Below the pieces are notes generated by a model. The model did no database searches and was not told the DNA's origin. It saw nothing but the letters and a program-made list of their open reading frames with translations. DNA of 64,000 bases from Anthoceros angustus (Eukaryota > Plantae > Anthocerotophyta): NCBI GenBank assembly GCA_010909165.1, contig MU008169.1, forward strand, positions 1,054,001 through 1,118,000. The letters run 5' to 3'. Both the position numbers and the translations under genes were made by a program. Of the stretch, positions 38,801 to 51,490 are shown one piece after another (within the stretch, counting starts at the first letter, position 1; the number at the start of each line of letters is the position of its first letter).

Positions 38801-39743
38801 CATGTTGATAACATGCTGGTTGAAATCCACACTTCGCTTTGGGACAAGATCTGTATTCTTCTGCATCTGAGAAACTGGTTGCTTTTTCTGACAGTTGTGA
38901 AAAAACTGTTTTTCACCCGCCCAGAAAAAGGAGAGAGGCACGCTTGCAGATCTGGAAAGGGATGAGCTACGGGCAAAAGCTCAAAAGGTACGGAAAATGG
39001 CCTCTCTGACGTTAAGAGTTTTCGCCACTGTATGTTACAGTGCTCGTGACATGGTACGACTGGTTGTGATTGGCAGGTACAGCAAGAAGAGGAAGACAAA
39101 ATGAGAGCCAATGCAGCCAACATTGCTGCAAGACAAGCAATAGGTGCTGATGACATGCTCAGCAAGTGGACGATGCTAGCTGAACAAGGACGGCAGAAGC
39201 GGCAAGGTGGAGATACAGGTGTGTAGACAACCTGATACTCTCAAACCTGAGGACGGTGCATAATTCGAGGTTGACCGAGGACCAGATCAATTGAGCAGCA
39301 CGTGGTTTGCAGCTGACGGCCCTGGTGGTGCGAATGATCAAGAAAGGAGAATAGAGATAGGACATACAGGCCAAGGAGTTGGGCCAGGCAGACCACAGCA
39401 CAATGGAGGAGGTCCTATACCTGTGACGACAACTGGCAAACTCCCTGGTATTCTCACCCTTCAATCACTAGATGTGCGCCTCTTTCTCAACTTTGTTGAC
39501 TGAACTGGGTTCAAATCACTTCGTTTTTTGTTCATGTCAGGGCCGGGCTCAGGATCTGCATCTGCGAGAGGCAGACCCTCAGCTCAGGCTGGAAGGTCCC
39601 AACGCGTCATCACCATGAACGACGTTGTTGCTGCCATGGAAAGGGATCCACACTTTGGGAAGAGTACTTTGCTCTACGAGTTGTATGAGATGGAGAGGAA
39701 AACACCTTGTGACGTTGCAGATCGACCATTGACCAAGAGGTGA
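35228..39743 (+). CDS. TAF4B: Transcription initiation factor TFIID subunit 4b (RST domain plus TAF4 histone-fold domain), multi-exon
   Basis: Exon 1 [13 protein letters not shown] (35228-35266), exon 2 [22 protein letters not shown] (from 35370). RST domain [14 protein letters not shown]...FQRFK|[25 protein letters not shown]|[46 protein letters not shown]. Confidence 0.93.
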
Positions 39744-40464
39744 TTCGGCCGCGTATTTCTGGGCCTCATCAACACCGGTTGTGTAGGCGCCATTTATCTG
39801 AACCTAGATATGTATGTCAGCGTGCTTAAAGACCGGGCAGGGAGGCCCATCCCTGTGTGTTCACCACATCCGCGCCAAGGGCCCTCCGCCTGCTTTTTAA
39901 GCACGAAGATATAAACATTCTCTGTGCCAATGCTTTTGCTTCGCTGGCTAAGCCTCGAAGTAGCATCTTGCCTCTTGCTGTGTTAGCCCCTCACAAGGGA
40001 TTCTTGGAAGTCGGTCGTGATGGATATCTAAGAGTGAGCACACAATTGGTCTTATGCTGCATGTTGCCTCTTGGTGAAGAGGTATGAGTCTCTTTTAAAC
40101 GGTGTATCTATCCCTAACTGTCATGCTGGCTAACGAGGGAGATGTATGCATATTTCAATACTAGCCCCCCACGAGTTCTACCGAGGAAGTACGTACCGCT
40201 CCCAAGATGTTTTAATTTAAAGAAAAGGGCTGATTACCATGGAAGCTGAAGATGCAGCATATCCCACGCTACTTGTCATCACTGTTGGCCAACGCTCTTT
40301 GCGGGGAGATGGAGACACGTCGCGGAACAAAGAGTTCCGTTTTTTGCGGTTCAAGTTTGTTGGGGAAGCTTCTTGCCAACTTTCCTCCAGAGTTGTTTGT
40401 TTCTTTCCGCGTGTCAGCTCGAACCTGCGTCAGAAGGGACCGAAAGAATGAACTGGATATAAAT

Positions 40465-41668
40465 ATGGTGCCGAATGCAATTGCGTGGTATCAGAGTGTG
40501 AACGCAGCTCCAAGGGTTTACCATGACCAGTGAGAAGACGAGGTCTGGACTGTAATTGCCAGTGTCTGTGCTTTGTCGAGCACGCCTGTATACTTACCCA
40601 GCGACTCCCGTGGTGTGGTTCGAGCAGATGGTGGTCCAAGGGTACCGTGGCTGTTGTAACCGGGGGCAATAAAGGCATAGGCTACGAGATAGCCAAGCAG
40701 CTTGCACAGAACGGGATAACCACTGTGTTGACCTCACGGGACGAGACGCGAGGGCGAGATGCTGTTAAGAAGCTTGTGGACGAGGGCCTGCCAGTTGTGT
40801 ATCATCAGCTGGATGTTGCAAGCGCTGAGTCGGCACAGAAGCTTGCGGAGTGGTTGAAGGAACAGTATGGTGCTGTTGACATACTGGTTGGTTGATGCCG
40901 TCATTTCTTGCTTGCCGTGTTAGCTGTTGGATGAGTTTGTTTTGTTTGCAAGTGGCGTTCTCAAGGTTCCGTCTTCTGTCAGGTTAACAATGCTGGCGTC
41001 TTCTACTATGATAATGCACCTGAAAATGCTGTACCGACAATCAACACAAACTTCTACGGCGTGAAGTTTGTAACCAGAAGCATCCTGCCTCTGCTGAGAG
41101 AAGCAGAGGCTGGCGCACGAATTGTCACTGTTAGCTCTCGGGCAGGGCTGTTGGAGGTGAGTCGAGTATTTTGTTCTCTACATTTTGTTGTCGTTGTATG
41201 GTTTCTTGCTGGAACTGCAAAGCTAACCCTGTACGGTTCTCCTTTTTCCAGTATATTGACAAGGATTCTGTAAGGCAGACTCTGGAAAATGTGGACAAAC
41301 TTTCGGAGGAGGTGTTGGACGAATTGGTGGAGGGATACTACGCATCTCTGAAGGAGCCGGAGAAAGGCACATGGGCCCTAACTCACTACCACGTTTCCAA
41401 GGCTCTTGTGAACGCGTATTCTCGGCTCTTGGCTAAGCAGCTTGGTGACAGGCCTGCAGGGCAAAAAGTACATGTGACCTCCTATTGCCCTGGCTGGACT
41501 GTCACGGATATGTCCGAGTGGGCCTGGGGACACAGCCGGGCCCCTCCCGGAACCGTCTGGAAAACTGCTGCTGAAGGAGCAGCGAATGGCGTGTGGCTAG
41601 CGTTGTTGCCAGCAAGTGAGTTGCAATCGGACAAATTTTACTTGGAACGCGAAGTGGTGGACTTCTAG
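40465..41668 (+). CDS. Carbonyl reductase / (+)-neomenthol dehydrogenase-like short-chain dehydrogenase, 4 exons
   Basis: TGGNKGIG, VNNAG, IVTVSSRAG, YHVSK, CPGWTVTDM. Introns at about 40530-40627, 40888-40982 and 41157-41251. Confidence 0.9.
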
Positions 41669-42820
41669 AGCATTCGGGCCTGCTTGTCCATCCATGAAAT
41701 GCAAGACTGGTTTTATGTATGTTAACCCTGTGAAGACACGCTCCCTGTGGACACCACTTGAGGCTTTCTGCTGCTGTTTCTGCGCTGAGGCAGAGCCCGC
41801 TTTCATTGCAGTAGCTTGTCATTTTCGCTTGGTAGGTGCAGCTGCTTGAATGGATCTGGTCCTATCTGTCCGGTAGATATGTTGACACGTTGCCCCATTA
41901 TGTATACTTAATATCCCAGATGTTTATTCAATTCAGTGAATGCTCCTATGTACGTAGGTAAAACTTCGGGGGCCCGCTTAAGGCTTAAGAAGAAGAACAT
42001 GAAGAAACGGATTTCCTCCATGGGACCTGATACGTAACAACTTGTACCATGGTATGCCTAAGCTACTTGCACCAAGGCATCCTAAGCTACTTGCACCAAG
42101 GCATCCATTCCCTTTAGGCACCCCATTTAAGTACCGATCCATTCCCTTTAGCACCCCATTTAAGTACCGAAATGTTCTTATAAATGTGTGTCCATTTGGC
42201 CTAAGGCTGAAGGCCTTTATATAGATTCGCCGTCTATTTTGCTTTAACATTCATGTTCAACTTGTATACCCTAATCTCTTGCCCTATTTTCCCAGTTATA
42301 ACGTCTTCCTTGCAGCTCTTTGTTTTTCTTAGTTGTCTCCATTATGGGAGATAAGTGTGAGGCCATAGGGAGGACTCTTGTTCCTCTGGCTTTAGGTTCT
42401 ACCTCTGTCTCCACTCTTTTACGAGGCTGGTATAAATAAAAGCTCATATTTCTAAAGCTTTAAATCCTTTAAAAAATAGTTATTCCGAAACCTTTTGAAA
42501 TTTTGAGAATGTAAAGTCGGAGGTTACCATCACAAAGTGAACACATCATACAAGGCACATGTATCCAGGTTACTGTACTTGAAAGTTTGTTCACTGGCTG
42601 GCGAAGGAAAACGAAGTCAAGATTTCTTCGTCGTGGTCGATGTCAGGTTGAGGCGTCCAAGGTACCGGCGTCCGGCCCAGTCACGGGTGCCTCGCCTCGA
42701 GATGTTCGAGCAGGAGCGCCTGCAGCTGCAGGCGATTGCTACTTCTGCATTTTCTGCAGCGGCCCGGGCTCAGAATTCGCAAACCAGCAGCCTGGCCCGG
42801 AGGCCGGCACCGAATAGAAA

Positions 42821-45732
42821 ATGGCCTGCGGCAGCTGCATCGCACTGGTGAGTCTGCCAGTCCTGCTGCTGCTCATCAGGGCGGTTCTGGGCGACGTGAG
42901 CAACGGCACCAGCGACGGGGCGGAGGAGTGGGGCTACATTGACGTGCGCCCAGGTGACGATTCATGATGGCTTTCCGCATGATGATCCAGACAGGGGCGC
43001 GCATGCCGTCGCAAGCGTCACGCTCGGCGTCACGATGTGTCTCCATCGTGAGCAGTTGTTCCGCTTTGATGTTGACATGTCAGGTGCGCACTTGTTCTGG
43101 TGGCTCTACCACAGTCCCGGGAGAGAGGGCCGGGCTTCCGTTCCGCTCCTGCTGTGGCTCCAAGGCGGCCCGGTGAGAGATTGAATTGGGTTGATTGGGT
43201 TATGAATGAATTTTGTTTTTCGATTCCAACGCTGAGCACTCCGATCTCGCGTGGGCGTTGGCGATGGGCAGGGGGCGTCGGGGGTCGGGTATGGGGATTT
43301 CTCCGAGATCGGGCCTTTGGACGCGAAGCTCCAGCCCAATCCTCACACCTGGTTGAAGAAGGCGCATCTGCTGTTCGTGGTAAGCGGAGGTTGATGAAAA
43401 TCGCGGATTGGGTCGGACGATGTGCGATTTTGTGGAAGTGGCCGGCGTCCCAGTTGCTGACAAGGTTGCTGTGCATGGTGCGATGGAGCGCAGGATAATC
43501 CAGTGGGTACAGGTGAGAAGTGCGGGAGAGGAGTTCGTTCGTGAAACTTGTGTGGGAGTCGAGGTCGTGAATTTGTGGAGTGTTTTGTGATTTTCTCGAT
43601 CGAGATGGAGGACTGAGTGAGGGGTTGTTGGAATTGGTTGCCCAAGGTTTCAGCTATGTGGACGACACGGCGTTGCTCACGACCACCAACGCGCAGGTGA
43701 CTGCCGATCTCATGTGCCTCTTGACCGAGTTCTACCATGAGCACCCGGCGCTGGCGGCGAATCCCTTGTATGTCTTCAGCGAATCGTATGGCGGAAAGTT
43801 TGCTACAGAGCTGGGCCTGGCTCTTTACAATGCTACCCGCTCCGGGGGGCTCAATGTGAACTTTGCTGGTAGATTGTTCAGACTCTCTTGATGATCGTGT
43901 TGTCGGATTCGTCTGGTGCCCGAATCTCGAGCAAGTGTGGCATATGTATGAAGCTGTGCATCGGATTCCAGATGCTTGGATTCTTGCTAACCCCTTTCGG
44001 TGGACACGCCAGGAGTGGCTCTTGGAGATGCCTGGATCTCACCTCTCGATTCTGTGGTACGTAGCACAATGGTAGCGCAGCTCCAGGGGCATGTTCCTGG
44101 AAGAGTTTACAAGTGTCTGAAGGCCAGGTCTGAGCATAGGTGCATGTGTGTGGGCAGGTTTCATGGGGTCCTTTCCTTCAGAGCATGTCTCGGGTAGATT
44201 ATCAAGCAGCTGCGAGGATACAGAGGTACCGGGGCTTTTGAATCCTTCCTTCCTCTGGGTTGCGAGACAGCCACAGGTGGTGGAAGTTGTTGTGCAATGA
44301 TGAGGATATTGCTTGCTTTACATCGGGTTTGTGGCCCTGGCTCTTTTGTGTAGTGCGACAGATAAGCTAGTGCACCTGGTAGAGGCCCAGCGTTGGCTGG
44401 ACGCAGAAAGTGCCTGGCGGGCGTTGGAGACCGTCGTTCTCCAAGTCTCCAACGGCGTGGTGGGTGAAAAAGAGCAGTGGCATAGCTTGGGAGAAGTTGT
44501 GAGACTGGCGCAGGCCTCTGTCATGCTGAGCCGGACTTATGAGGATGTGCTTCTTGTGCCGCAGAGTTTTTACAACATTTTGTCCCCCGATTTTTCAAAC
44601 GCAGCTCCGCAGGGTGGAGTTCAGGCGTTTGTCGGCCAGACTGGGACTGGGAGTAGCACAGAAAGACTGCCTACCGCTGCCCCTGCCCCTTCTGATTACC
44701 TGCGCAAGCGGACACTGCAGTTACAATCCGATTCTGATGCAGATGGCATGTTGCTTGAGGGGCTCATGAACGGACCAATCAGACAAAAACTTGGAATCAT
44801 TCCTGCCAATTGGACGTGAGTATGGTCTCTCTTGTACCCTGTTGCAGTCACGAGTGTCTGCTGCTTGACCTAGGCCCGCATGTGACTTCACAGAACTTGT
44901 ACTGTTGCGCAGGTGGGTGACATCATCGGATTTGGTTTTTGCTGCACTTGCGGGAGACTTCATGCGAGACACCATTGCACAGGTACTCCATCTAGTTCGT
45001 CCGTTGGAAGAGCTAGAATTTGCTTTCACTTCCAGCCCCATTCATCCCATCCGGATGTTCCAATCTGTCTGTACATAACCTGCAGGTAACCGCACTGCTG
45101 GAGTTCGGCGTCAATGTCACCGTTTACAGTGGCCAGGTTAGCATTATTTACCTTGTATACAGATACGGCAGTATTATTTGCAAGCCTCCAAAGACTGTAA
45201 GCCACATGAGGCTCCATGAATGTCAACACCTGAGACTGATGTGCGGAGAAATGGTGTCTCTTATATGATAGCTGGACCTCATTTGCGCTACTGCCGGAAC
45301 AGAAGCCTGGGTTCAGAAGCTCAAGTAAGGGACGAGACGATTTCCTAAGACGCATGCACAGAGGTGAAGTCTTAGAAGGTGCCAAAAGCAATTGTGCAAC
45401 TTCTGACAAGGCCACCGTACGTGATAATTCTTTGTTCAGGTGGGGGGGCCTGGCAAAGTTCAATGCTGCCAGCCGAAAACCCTTGTACTTTGGAGAGCAG
45501 TCGACTGTTGGGTTTGTGAAGAAATACGAGAATCTGGCATTCTACTGGATTCTCGATGCCGGACATTTGGTGAGTTAACAAGTTATAAGACCATAAACAA
45601 TACCTGTGAACATTAGGTGCAAATAGGGGAACCGTGGTAACGTTGTTGTTTTGACTATGCTGTGTCGTCCAGCTACCTGCGGATCAACCTCGGACAGCTT
45701 TGGAGATGTTGGGCATGGTGACACGAACTTGA
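42821..45732 (+). CDS. Serine carboxypeptidase-like (SCPL51/SCPEP1 type), multi-exon
   Basis: Signal peptide, EEWGYIDVRP, AHLFWWLY, LWLQGGP, FSESYGGK (catalytic Ser), GVALGDAWISP, YSGQ|LDLICA, FYWILDAGH. Confidence 0.92.
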
Positions 45733-46599
45733 GCCTTGAACAGGATGTGTAGCTGCCAGCTAGCAGCTTCATTCAATCCAGACAGAAACATTCAATTGTT
45801 GCCAATTGCTGTACACTTTATATGTAACATGTTAGAAGATGATGAATTGTATTGAGGTCCATTAAGGACTTTGCATTGCAGCTATGTGCCGTCAGTCCCA
45901 CATCGTCAACGTAAATGCATATTTTCCTTGCAGACAGCTCTCGAGCTGCAGCACTCAAGATTGTCAGCATGTGCTCAAATTGCGGGAGCAGTGGCATGAG
46001 CAACAGGTGCTTGATAACCTGTTTGACAGTATCGTGGTTTTACAGAATGCTATGCTTGGCGTCGTGCAGGATACATCCAACAAGCAGGGTCACACCCCTT
46101 TTGGCAGCTGCGCAACATGCGAATGCAAGGTGCTGGCGAGACAGTACAGGAGCCTAAAACTCTTACAGGATTTTCCATCATTTGACAAGCCGAAGGTCCA
46201 AGCATCCAAGCTTTCCAGTGTCCACTGGCACAGAGCCCTCGCCCCGCTCCATTACTCCCACGCCACTTTCCCACTGTCTGACCCGAATATACGTCAACCA
46301 GGCGGCTTCGATTACCATTAAGATGGTGGTCTCACGCGGTGAACTCGGTCCAGGGAGTCCGGCGTGCCCACAGAGGGACGACACAAACAACCAAACAATG
46401 ATCTCCGCTCGTCGGAAATTCGCCATTCCCTAATCATCTAGGAGAATTCCTGAGCTAATCTACAAGTCTTGAACTTGCTCTGGTGAGCATGTCTTCAACT
46501 TGTGCTCCTGGCGAGAGCGTCCAGAACTTGCTCTTGGTGACGAAATTTCGCTCTTGCTCCTGCTGATCAGCTCTTCAACTGATACCTTCTGCTCCAGGG

Positions 46600-48480
46600 A
46601 AGGAGGCTGTTGAATACAACCGCTAACCACAGGAGCCGTCAGAGGAAGACGTGTAGCATCAGGGAGTCTTGTTCACGACTGCTGCGTGAACTGATTGTCC
46701 AGCGCGAGACCCTGAGTGTTGCACCTGAGTGGATCCTGGCAGCTCAACTTGTCTGGTTTGGATCGTCTGCTGCTGCAAAGAAAAAGGTCCTGGAGATGGC
46801 TGAGATTGTGGCGTTTGCGGCTCTGTCTTCACTTGTGGCAACTGCTGCTGTGTGTCTGCCGAGGTTTCTGACAATCTGAGGCAAGATCCTCAGAAGTTTT
46901 GATAGCCTGCAGCAATGGAATCGCTGGCACTGGGTTACAGTGGTGTTCAGACAACAGCGTCACCCTCTCCTGATCTGGCTGTTGGTGGGATTGCTGCCAT
47001 ATCTCAGACGCTGACTGTGACAGAACAGGTACATACTTGCATAACAGCCTTTTGTTGCTGGCGAATTAGTTTGGCGTGAAGTCGCTGCTGTCGTTGATCG
47101 GTGCCTCGAGCTGCATCTGCATAATTGTGTGCTTTAACATGTCATATCCCGCAATGGATCGGCATTCTCTAACAAAATCTTCCCGCGTGACCTGGTCCAT
47201 ATTATATCTCTGAAGGAGGGCTTCCAGCTGGTGGCCTGGCTCCTGAGGCAATCGAGGCAGAAGTAAGGCCACTAACCGGGAAAACTTGATGCCATGGCTC
47301 GTGCCAGATGGTTTCTTCCCAATACCCAGAGCTCCAGTGTTTGCCCCTACTGCTGGCCCCCCAGCTGCAGTACTATGGGGCCGCTGCTGCAATGCCTTGG
47401 GCTGTTGTTGAAGTGTTTGCTGATTACACTGCAATGCGCTGGGCTGTTGTTGAGGTGTTGCACTGGACTGTTGTTGAAGTGTTGGCTGTCGCCTCTGCAA
47501 TGCCCTGGGCTGTGGTTCACGCGTTGGCTGATTCCACTGCAATTCCCTGGGCTCTTGTTGAAGCGTTGGCTGTTGCTGCTGCAATGCCCTGAGCTGTCGT
47601 TGAAGTGTTGGCTGATTCCGCTGCAATCCCCTGGGCTCTTGTTGAAGTGTTGGCTGTTGCTGCTGCAATTCCCTGGGCTGTCTCCCGACAGCAGGATTGC
47701 CCTCCACACGTTCCCCCTGCGAGGAAGAGCGTTTTTCACCTTTGCCAGGCGCCCCAGTAGCGATGGGGGTGGCCTGAGGTACAGCCTGCGGATTCCCATC
47801 CCGCACACGACCAGGCCCATACCTGGCCTCCGCAGCCTCCGGTTCCACATATTCGCGAATAAGAATGTTCCCCTTTCCAAAATAGATAGCTCCCGTTGCG
47901 GAAAGAGCACTTTCATCCTGCTTATCGGGAACATCTTCACGCCGTCTGTGAGGTCCAGGATCCGTAAGCCTCCCGCGGTCAGTGTGCTTGGGCTGTATCC
48001 CGACAGCAGGATTGCGCTTCTCAGGCTCCTTCTGCGAGGAAGCGCGTTTGTCACCCTTGTCAGGCGCCCCAGTAGCGATGGGGGTGGCCCGAGGTACAGC
48101 CTGCGGATTCCCATTCCCCACACCACCAGGCCCATCCGCTTCCACATATTCGCGAATGAAAGTGTTCCCCTTACCAAAATAGATAGCTCCCGTTACGGCA
48201 AAAGCAGTTTCATACTGCATATCGGGAACATCTTCACGAAGTTTGTGAAGTCCAGGATCCATAATTCTCCAGCGGTCAGTGTGCCCCTCAAGCTCTCGCC
48301 CGTGCCACAAGATGTTCTACGAGAATTGTCCTACTCCATGAATTGCTCGGGCAGCGACACCTTGCTAAGCATGACATTTATTTTGGGCACCCCCGGATTC
48401 GAATTGGCAGGCATTACCTTACTCTGAGAACTCACTAGGTGATCCGGAGAAGAAGGGGCCTCAATTGCCGGACCAAATTC
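46600..48480 (-). CDS. TAF4B-derived RST-domain protein with duplicated N-terminus and Q-rich repeats; main ORF 48262-47066, with downstream TAF4B-like remnants
   Basis: MDPGLHKLRED..., GNGNPQAVP (twice), [15 protein letters not shown]...LQRYNMDQVTREDFVRECRSIAG. LPQVKTEPQTPQ at ~46840. 5' homology to 35003-35230. Confidence 0.75.
47380..47680 (-). repeat. Coding 42-bp (21-bp subunit) tandem repeat encoding QQQQPTLQQEPREL-like units
   Basis: Repeated GTTGAAGTGTTGGCTG...CTGCAAT(G/T)CCCTGGGCT. Confidence 0.85.
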
Positions 48481-49202
48481 AAAATATGTAACTTAACGGA
48501 TTACATACATGTGTATAGGTCCTTTGGTCCTTTGTGGATGCAAGGTGACGGGGATATAAAAGACAGATAAAAAGAGAGATTACGGGGACTGACGTCGAGT
48601 CCAATTTTTCTAAGTTAGCATTTAAGCGCATGAAACCCGTATCGGTTGGCGTTTTAGGGCATGGAATCCGTATCATGGCTTTAACCTCATGGACGCAGGG
48701 TGACGGGGGAATAAGACAGAGAGAGAAAAGTACTGAGATTACGGGCGATTGACTGTCGAGAGTCCAATCTTATTAATGTGTGTCCAAATGGCTTAGGCCA
48801 AATAGAAATAGATGCACATTTATAAGAAAAAAGTTATTGAGCATTATGTGCTTAGATGAGTACTTAGATAGTGTGCCTAGAGGGTGCGGATGCCCTTGCA
48901 TTGCTGAGCATTCTACTCTTAGATCGGTACTTAGATGGCATGCTTAGAGGGAATGGATGCCTTAGTGCAAGTAGCTTAGGCATATTATGGTACACGTTGT
49001 TAAGTACCAAGTCTCATGATAGAACAATTCCATCCAAGTGAACTATAATAGAACAAGAGGTTTATTATAGTCCATTTGATAGGCTTTCTTCATTGTCTTC
49101 TACTAGGGCCTCGTGGGAAGCGGAGGGGCTTTCTGCCAAGGAGATGGCGTGGGATGGTTTGAAAGAGAGCTTGTTTAGTTTAGTGCATGGCCGATGCAGG
49201 CG

Positions 49203-49380
49203 GGATGTTTTAGGAGAAGCTTGGTTGCATGGACGATAGTAGAGAGGAGTTGAGGATATTGGTCAACTATTCATACCAAGCTGAAGTATAAGGGATGTTT
49301 TAGGAGAAGCTTGGTTGCATGGACGGGAGTAGAGAGGAGTTGAGGATATTGGTCAACTATCATATCAAGCTAAAGTATAA
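49203..49380. repeat. Tandem duplication of about 90 bp
   Basis: GGGATGTTTTAGGAGAAGCTTGGTTGCATGGACG...GGTCAACTAT occurs twice. Confidence 0.85.
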
Positions 49381-49496
49381 AGTCTGATAGGAATGGCTGA
49401 GCTCCCGAGCCGGAGCCTCTTCACTATCTTGCTCCACTTCCAAGAGTAGGGTGTGTTGGTATGACCTTGTTTTCACACAACCCTGAACCCCCTGCT

Positions 49497-49750
49497 GCTC
49501 CTAAAGGACTTTGTTTTCATTTCTCATTGATGGATATTGAAGGACTTTGTTTTCATTTCTCATTGATAGTTGTTGAAGGACTTTGTTTTCATTTCTCATT
49601 TATGGTTGCTGAAGGACTTTGTTTTCATTTCTCATTGATGGCTACTGAAGGACTTTGTTTTCATTTCTCATTGATGGCTGCTGAAGAACTTTGTTTTCAT
49701 TTCTCATGAATGGCTGCTGAAGGACTTTGTTTTCATCTCTCATTGATGTT
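49497..49750. repeat. 36-bp minisatellite, 7 copies
   Basis: GAAGGACTTTGTTTTCATTTCTCATTGATGGCTGCT with small variation. Confidence 0.92.
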
Positions 49751-49957
49751 CAAGACTGTGCCTAAGCGTGTGTGCTCTCCCTCGTGTCTGTCTGACTCTG
49801 TGACATGTGTACATATACTGTATATGCAGGCTCGCTCTGAACTTCGTGCGGCACCCTGTGCCATAGTTCGAACCAAGGTTGAGCATGTGTATGCTTGTCT
49901 GTATGACATCTCTGCGTGACTGTATTAGGCTTGTGAGTATTACGATAAGACCCAGCA

Positions 49958-50080
49958 TCGTAGTAATTATGGTAGTAATTACCATCATAAGGTAAATTAT
50001 GGTAGTAATTATCATATGAGATAAATTATGGTAGTAATTATCATCATAAATTATGGTAGTAATTACTATCATAAGGTAAA
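49958..50080. repeat. AT-rich ~28-30 bp tandem repeat
   Basis: ATTATGGTAGTAATTA(C/T) repeated 4 times. Confidence 0.8.
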
Positions 50081-50274
50081 ATATTCTTTTAAAGTTATAT
50101 CTTATAGTAATAGAAATATAATTATATGACATGTAATTATTTATTTAATATAAAATTATGCATGTATGTAAGAAAGAATAAGTCCTTTACTATATTTTAT
50201 TGTTATAGTAATTACAGAAGTAAGATAAGGTAAGATGATCCTTGTAATGTTAAATAGACTGGAACGCTCACGGC

Positions 50275-50729
50275 AGACGACGGACGGGCGGACGGCTTTG
50301 GCACACTTAAGAGTGCGGCTTCGACGACGGACGGGCGGACGGCTTTGGCACACTTAAGAGTGCGGCTTCGACGACGGACGGGCGGACGGCTTTGGCACAC
50401 TTAAGAGTGCGGCTTCGAAAACGAAGGATCACTTTGGCACAATCGCAGCTTAGGATGGCTTTGGCACAACCGCAGCTTAGGATTGTGGAATGATGAAGGA
50501 AGCTTTTGCGGACGGCTTTGGCACACTTAAGAGTGCGGCTTCGACGACGGACGGGCGGACGGCTTTGGCACACTTAAGAGTGCGGCTTCGACGACGGACG
50601 GGCGGACGGCTTTGGCACACTTAAGAGTGCGGCTTCGAAAAACGAAGGATCACTTTGGCACAATCGCAGCTTAGGATGGCTTTGGCACAACCGCAGCTTA
50701 GGATTGTGGAATGATGAAGGAAGCTTTTG
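50275..50729. repeat. Higher-order repeat: [about 3 x 47-bp unit + variant subunits] x 2
   Basis: Unit GACGACGGACGGGCGGACGGCTTTGGCACACTTAAGAGTGCGGCTTC. The core CTTTGGCACA is also in the variant subunits. Confidence 0.9.
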
Positions 50730-51001
50730 CGATAAAAAATGCATGTGGCAGCAACGCATCGGGATAGGTTGGGGCAGCGTAGGCTATGGCTGACATGTAG
50801 GATGAACTAGAGATCTTACAGTTTCCTAGTTAATAGGTAAGATTGGCAGCATCCGAGATTATAGGGCACAAATAGTGTAGGCCTACACTTAGTAGGTAAG
50901 ATTGGTAGCATCCAAGATTGTAGGGTACAAATAGTGTAGGCGTGTAGGCCGCTCTGTCTGAGTTTGTAGGTTAGATTATCACACATCAACTAGAGGGAGA
51001 A

Positions 51002-51490
51002 ATGATAACTTTGGGGGATGCATATTGTATGCTAGAGAAGCTGGATACACATTTCCACGAGCATACTGCTATCACTTTTGTTCAATTGCTAACACATGTC
51101 AATGATCCTAGACAAAGAGGGAGTGACTCTGCTATGTTTTCTACAATTGCTCTGCACTTGCCGGATATATGGATTGCATGCAAGGAATTTGGTTGGCATG
51201 ATTGCTTTATTGCTGCTGTGATGCTAGATCCAAAGCATAGGAAGTTGCTACCTACCATTTCACCGACGGACAGATTGAAAAGTGAGCAGGTTATGAAGCA
51301 AGTCGGCACCTAATACTGGAGAGTTCAATCACTATCGACTTAGACCTGGTAAGTTATGCATTGATGGAGGAGATGCATTTCTCAGAAGGCTTGATGTATA
51401 ACAGCGCGGAACGGTGGGAAGCGTACGGAGAGGAATGTCCCCAACTTGCAGATGTAGCAAGGAAGTTGTAAAACATTCCTCCAACTGGAA
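51002..51490 (+). mobile_element. hAT transposase C-terminal remnant
   Basis: AAVMLDPKHRK, followed after stops by SAERWEAYGEECPQLADVARKL*NIPPT, which resembles the hAT dimerisation domain. Confidence 0.65.

Noticed and set aside
40486-40496. TGGTATCAGAG, resembling a tRNA-Met PBS
   Set aside because: It lies inside SDR exon 1 with no LTR context.
47294-48427. 377-aa antisense ORF
   Set aside because: It is the mirror of the Q-rich repeat gene on the minus strand.
49497-49750. CRISPR-like 36-bp repeats
   Set aside because: The units are contiguous with only about 8 variable nt and no unique spacers. There are no cas genes and the context is eukaryotic. It is a minisatellite.
50275-50729. 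Repeat-spacer-like array
   Set aside because: The intervening segments are identical or variants of the same core, so it is a higher-order tandem repeat.
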